Source of the DNA: a virus
Taxonomy: Duplodnaviria; Heunggongvirae; Uroviricota; Caudoviricetes
Direction: 5' to 3' (one strand)
IMG/VR virus record: IMGVR_UViG_3300017565_000017
Coordinates: 192,779 to 242,859 of that record
DNA: 50,081 nucleotides
Shown: piece after piece, positions 46,879-50,081 of the stretch
How positions within the stretch are numbered: the first letter of the stretch is position 1
Layout: the number at the start of each line of letters is the position of its first letter
Translations under genes and position numbers: made by a program
Notes under the pieces: model-generated
The model's input: only the letters and a program-made list of their open reading frames with translations
What the model was told of the DNA's origin: nothing
Databases searched by the model: none

Positions 46879-47088
46879 ATGACCACCCAAGCCCAAGCCC
46901 CCGCCAAGAACCTGAAGCCCGTCAACGTGCTGAAGTACGTCGTGAACGGCGAAGCGAAGACCGAAAACTACACGCGCTTCTCCGAGCTGGCGAAGCGCCA
47001 GTCCGAGCTCCTGAAGGACGGCGTGTCGGTCACCATCGAACCCCGCATGGGTGAAGTGAAGACGCAGGTCTCCATCGTCCTCGACTAA
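46879..47088 (+). CDS. small, probably highly expressed early protein
   Basis: 69 aa, AAGGAG RBS, extreme codon bias, own promoter and terminator. Confidence 0.85.
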   Translation: MTTQAQAPAKNLKPVNVLKYVVNGEAKTENYTRFSELAKRQSELLKDGVSVTIEPRMGEVKTQVSIVLD

Positions 47089-47115
47089 CCGTCGGCGGTC
47101 GCCATGGCAGTACCG

Positions 47116-47140
47116 GAGGGCCGCGTGGCCCTCTTCTTTT
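47116..47140 (+). terminator. intrinsic terminator
   Basis: GAGGGCC-GCGT-GGCCCTC then TTCTTTT. Confidence 0.85.
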
Positions 47141-47187
47141 GACTCTAGGTCTTAGATCTGAGTCCAAGATCGTGGAGAGCGAGTCCG
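47141..47187 (+). repeat. 47-bp GA/TC-rich intergenic box
   Basis: Second copy of 44285-44331. Confidence 0.85.
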
Positions 47188-47221
47188 ATCTTGATAGACC
47201 TAAACAAAGTTACAATAAAGT

Positions 47222-47250
47222 TTTACAGGCCGTTAACGTTAGGTTATAAT
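47222..47250 (+). promoter_or_regulatory. sigma70 early promoter
   Basis: TTTACA-17-TATAAT. Confidence 0.9.
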
Positions 47251-47288
47251 TACTTTACCCCTAACCCTTAGCCGTATAAGGTACTCCC

Positions 47289-47696
47289 ATGTTGCAAACC
47301 CAGACCCCGGTCCAGACCACGAAGCATCGCCGCACCCGCATGAGTAAGCCCACCTCTGTTTTGTCACGTGTTCGTTCTGCTCAGTGGGCCAAGGCCACCG
47401 AGCTCCTGTTCCGGTCTCTCACCAATTCCCGCACGTCGTTCCCTGACGAGGCTTTGGCTCTGACCTACGTTGACCGTGTCATGGAAATCGTTCGGGCCAC
47501 GCCTGCCCGCCAGCTTCAGATCCTCGAGAACTGGCTCAAGTCCCAAGACACCCACATGACGCTCGCTGTCGATTACATGGACCAGCTCTACCGCTTCTCT
47601 TACGAGGGTGGCTTGGTTCCGGTCTGTCGTGATCTGGTGGACCCGGGCGTGCGCCCGTCCCTCAATCAACTCCTTCATCTCAAGGTCCAGCTCTAA
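47289..47696 (+). CDS. early hypothetical protein
   Basis: 135 aa, AAGG RBS. Confidence 0.75.
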   Translation: MLQTQTPVQTTKHRRTRMSKPTSVLSRVRSAQWAKATELLFRSLTNSRTSFPDEALALTYVDRVMEIVRATPARQLQILENWLKSQDTHMTLAVDYMDQLYRFSYEGGLVPVCRDLVDPGVRPSLNQLLHLKVQL

Positions 47697-47727
47697 ACCC
47701 CCTCACAAGACCAGGAGCTGGATTTTT

Positions 47728-47752
47728 GGAGCCTCCCGGGGCTCCTCTTTTT
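47728..47752 (+). terminator. intrinsic terminator
   Basis: GGAGCCTC-CCG-GGGCTCC then TCTTTTT. Confidence 0.8.
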
Positions 47753-47834
47753 GTTTGTAACAAATGGGCTTTACATATAGGTAATATGTTTTACCTAGGG
47801 TTTGCCGGTATAGCCTGTTTATATGGTGTATACT

Positions 47835-48112
47835 GCGTTTGTTGGTTGCTGCCTTGCAGTAACGCAAACGCCCCCCTACAAAGCCCCTAGGGGGCGCGTA
47901 TAGGCCACAAGTTTACGGTAGGGCTGTAGTGATAGCCGGTCAGTGCGACGCAACGTCCACTCGGTATCCGCAGCCCGGTTAGGGGGAGGTTTCTCTAGGG
48001 GTAGAGAACCTCCACTCGGTTCTCAGCGCAGTGATGTGTTGAGGGTATTCGCTTCTCCCGGCGAATAGACGACCCGGTAGCTCTTAATCGAGCTACCGGG
48101 TCGCTGAGTTTT
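47835..48112 (+). ncRNA. candidate structured non-coding RNA
   Basis: ORF-free; seven consecutive hairpins ending in a 14-bp perfect stem and T-run. Confidence 0.6.
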
Positions 48113-48118
48113 TGGCCC

Positions 48119-48147
48119 TTGTTTTTGCTGGGGGCGCATGTTATACT
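48119..48147 (+). promoter_or_regulatory. sigma70 early promoter
   Basis: TTGTTT-17-TATACT, extended -10 TG. Confidence 0.75.
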
Positions 48148-48188
48148 TGTTTTACACCCTAACCCCTAACCGCGTATAGGAGCGCCGG

Positions 48189-48380
48189 ATGGAGAAAGTC
48201 CAAATCCTGCAAGAACTCCAACTCCGAGGCCAAACCCGTCCTGATTCGTGCCCCATTGTCGATGCCATTATCGACATGATCACTGATGACAACAAGTGGC
48301 CTCTGGTCCAGGAGCTGATCCAGCACTGTGCGTCGCCTCAAGATGCGGTCAACTATCTTATGGAGACTCACCATGCGTGA
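48189..48380 (+). CDS. early hypothetical protein
   Basis: 63 aa, AGGAG RBS. Confidence 0.7.
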   Translation: MEKVQILQELQLRGQTRPDSCPIVDAIIDMITDDNKWPLVQELIQHCASPQDAVNYLMETHHA

Positions 48381-48633
48381 ATATGTCGCCAACCCCGTAC
48401 AAGACGCCCTGGACAACATGCCCCCGCTCACGTCGGTGGGCGACTTCTACATGATTCGCAACAAGGTCAGTGGCGAATTCGTCATGCAGGACATGGTCGA
48501 CGAAGGTAAAGTGCCGTTCCTGTGCCACAATGTCCAGACGGCTCGTGCGTGGTTCAAGGCCCACGAGAACCCCGAGCAGGCCAACCTCGACTACGAGGTC
48601 GTCATGGTCGATGGCTGGCGGCTTGAGCGGTGA
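48373..48633 (+). CDS. early hypothetical protein
   Basis: Likely start MREYV, GGAG RBS. Confidence 0.7.
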   Translation: MREYVANPVQDALDNMPPLTSVGDFYMIRNKVSGEFVMQDMVDEGKVPFLCHNVQTARAWFKAHENPEQANLDYEVVMVDGWRLER

Positions 48634-48812
48634 CAGTCTACGGGATTGTCAATCTAATGACCAACAAGTTCCTCATGGACAAGGCTGTGCATTGGCCTGC
48701 CTTGTTCGAAACTGTGGATCTTGCGATGGAGCGACGCCGCAAGCTGTCCGCCCCCGAGTTTTGGTCTGTCGTCCCCATTCCCGTTAACGGCCCTCAAGCA
48801 GACACCGAATGA
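48630..48812 (+). CDS. early hypothetical protein
   Basis: 60 aa, 4-bp overlaps on both sides. Confidence 0.65.
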   Translation: MTVYGIVNLMTNKFLMDKAVHWPALFETVDLAMERRRKLSAPEFWSVVPIPVNGPQADTE

Positions 48813-49216
48813 TTTACGTCCAGGACCTCGACGCATTGCCTGCCGCACTCACCGCGTGGGTCGACGAAACGTCTACTCGCATCAACGCCAATACGCACTT
48901 CCGTTCGGGTGGCGAGAACAATCGTGACTGGGACTGGGAAATCTACGTGCGTCGTACCCGCCACTGCATTCGTGGCAAAGTCTATACGACAATCGATCTG
49001 GCGACTATCGGCGTTATCCCGGCTCTCCGCCGTCAAGGTATCGCCAAGCGCTTGATCGAGATTGTTGAAGCAGAAGCGGCTCGACGTCAACATATCGTTT
49101 ACGTCGAGAACGTCATCAACCCTAACCTAGAACTGTATCTAAGGAGGCGCGGCTATCAGTCAGTACATTTCGATCAGCACTTCGGACCCACCCTAGCGCG
49201 GGATCCCGCCATCTAG
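48809..49216 (+). CDS. GNAT-family acetyltransferase
   Basis: LATIGVIPALRRQGIAKRLI acetyl-CoA motif A; N..L..YL.RRGY motif B. Confidence 0.8.
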   Translation: MIYVQDLDALPAALTAWVDETSTRINANTHFRSGGENNRDWDWEIYVRRTRHCIRGKVYTTIDLATIGVIPALRRQGIAKRLIEIVEAEAARRQHIVYVENVINPNLELYLRRRGYQSVHFDQHFGPTLARDPAI

Positions 49217-49396
49217 TTCTAGAGCAGATGGGGGTGTTGGCAGCCTCCTCCCTACATCGAAAAGATAAACTATTGTCAGTGACTCGGCGTATAGTGGGAC
49301 AGCACGTCAGTAAACCGGGGCCGCACACCGGGTCTAGAATTATTGGTCGGGGGCGCGTAGCGCCCCCTTTGCTTACCCTAACCTACCTCTATCTAC

Positions 49397-49906
49397 ATGA
49401 CTGTCACCTACGAGAAACTTCCCTACGCCTCCGAGCTGGTCCCCGTTACGCCGTGGCTCCCGGACAACTCTGACGAAGATCACGTAGTGCTTCGCCGACT
49501 CTTTACCCGAGAGTGCGATGATGGTGCGTATGCGGTTCTACAGTTGTTTGTTTGCGTCAATGAGGAGCGGGTGTATTCGACGCTTTTGGAAGCGGAACAG
49601 GACGTCTCGTCTATTTCTATGGATGTATCGCTAGAATGTAGCAACGGTGATACGTGGGATTACGTTATGTACGACGCCCCCGCGTCCAAGTTTGCAGGTC
49701 GCCCGATCACGGATGAGAGCCTGGCTGATTGGCTCAATCTTGCAATCGCTCCGTGGGTGCCTCTGGCTCTTGAAGATTCGATTACTGAAGAGATTGTGCG
49801 CAAGGCGCGCTCGGTCTCGGACTACAGCGCAAACACCGACGCTGTGATGTTCCTGTCCGCTGAAGACCACGAGCAAGAAGACGTGGACGAAGAGGACGCG
49901 GGCTAA
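49397..49906 (+). CDS. acidic early hypothetical protein
   Basis: 169 aa, D/E-rich. Confidence 0.75.
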   Translation: MTVTYEKLPYASELVPVTPWLPDNSDEDHVVLRRLFTRECDDGAYAVLQLFVCVNEERVYSTLLEAEQDVSSISMDVSLECSNGDTWDYVMYDAPASKFAGRPITDESLADWLNLAIAPWVPLALEDSITEEIVRKARSVSDYSANTDAVMFLSAEDHEQEDVDEEDAG

Positions 49907-49918
49907 TTTTTAGCCCCC

Positions 49919-49947
49919 TTGCGCCCCCGGGGCTACGGTGTTATACT
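49919..49947 (+). promoter_or_regulatory. sigma70 early promoter
   Basis: TTGCGC-17-TATACT, extended -10. Confidence 0.85.
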
Positions 49948-49977
49948 GGCGTTACCCTAACCCCTAGGTGATACCGT

Positions 49978-50081
49978 ATGGCCCTATTTCTAGCTAATGC
50001 CCTTAACGCCCGTGGTAAACGGGTGTACGCCGTAGTGCGGGGCGACCCCCGTGCCAATTCGGGGGCGGTCGTAGACCAATA
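49978..50081 (+). CDS. early hypothetical protein, partial
   Basis: AGGTG RBS, open frame MALFLANALNARGKRVYAVVRGDP... to the window end. Confidence 0.6.
   Translation, partial: MALFLANALNARGKRVYAVVRGDPRANSGAVVDQ

Noticed and set aside
47835-48112. tRNA, tmRNA or group I intron
   Set aside because: No cloverleaf, T-loop GTTC or CCA end; not inside a gene
45630-49968. CCCTAA words as telomere-like repeats
   Set aside because: At most two tandem units and always in gene leaders; better explained as a regulatory motif
41493-49970. GA/TC gaps as simple restriction-site or Dam GATC avoidance
   Set aside because: GATC, AGATCT and GGATCC are abundant nearby, and the exclusion is at dinucleotide level and confined to promoter-type tracts

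Overview
Segment of a large lytic dsDNA phage genome; gene content resembles, from memory, the large RSL1/Lu11/PaBG-type myoviruses (not verified). Bases 1-37.7 kb form a tightly packed minus-strand replication/recombination block: primase, family A DNA polymerase, DnaB helicase, SF2 and Dda/RecD helicases, beta-clamp, DnaX-like clamp loader, SbcC/Rad50, 5'-3' exonuclease, Cas4-like nuclease, PhoH, HD hydrolase, MazG-like protein, nucleotidyltransferase and spanins. It also holds a GroES-like gene beside three apparent capsid-protein-derived paralogs. Bases 37.7-41.6 kb are a mostly non-coding, repeat-rich strand-switch region (candidate origin, a CAGGAG repeat tract) around a P-loop kinase gene. 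That kinase and the partial gene at the left edge resemble the 5-hydroxymethyluracil DNA kinase machinery of thymidine-hypermodifying phages. Bases 41.6-50 kb are a plus-strand early region of small genes, most with their own sigma70 promoter. Most striking: every early promoter/leader lies in a 70-185 nt tract with no GA or TC dinucleotide, while a conserved GA/TC-saturated 47-bp box sits just upstream of some of them, suggesting the genome is patterned around a context-specific base modification. Also notable: a shared CCCTAACCG leader motif, a ~270-nt structured ncRNA candidate carrying its complement, and a KSKGL[FW]G motif shared by polymerase and exonuclease (candidate clamp-binding peptide). 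No tRNA, rRNA, CRISPR array or integrase was seen.
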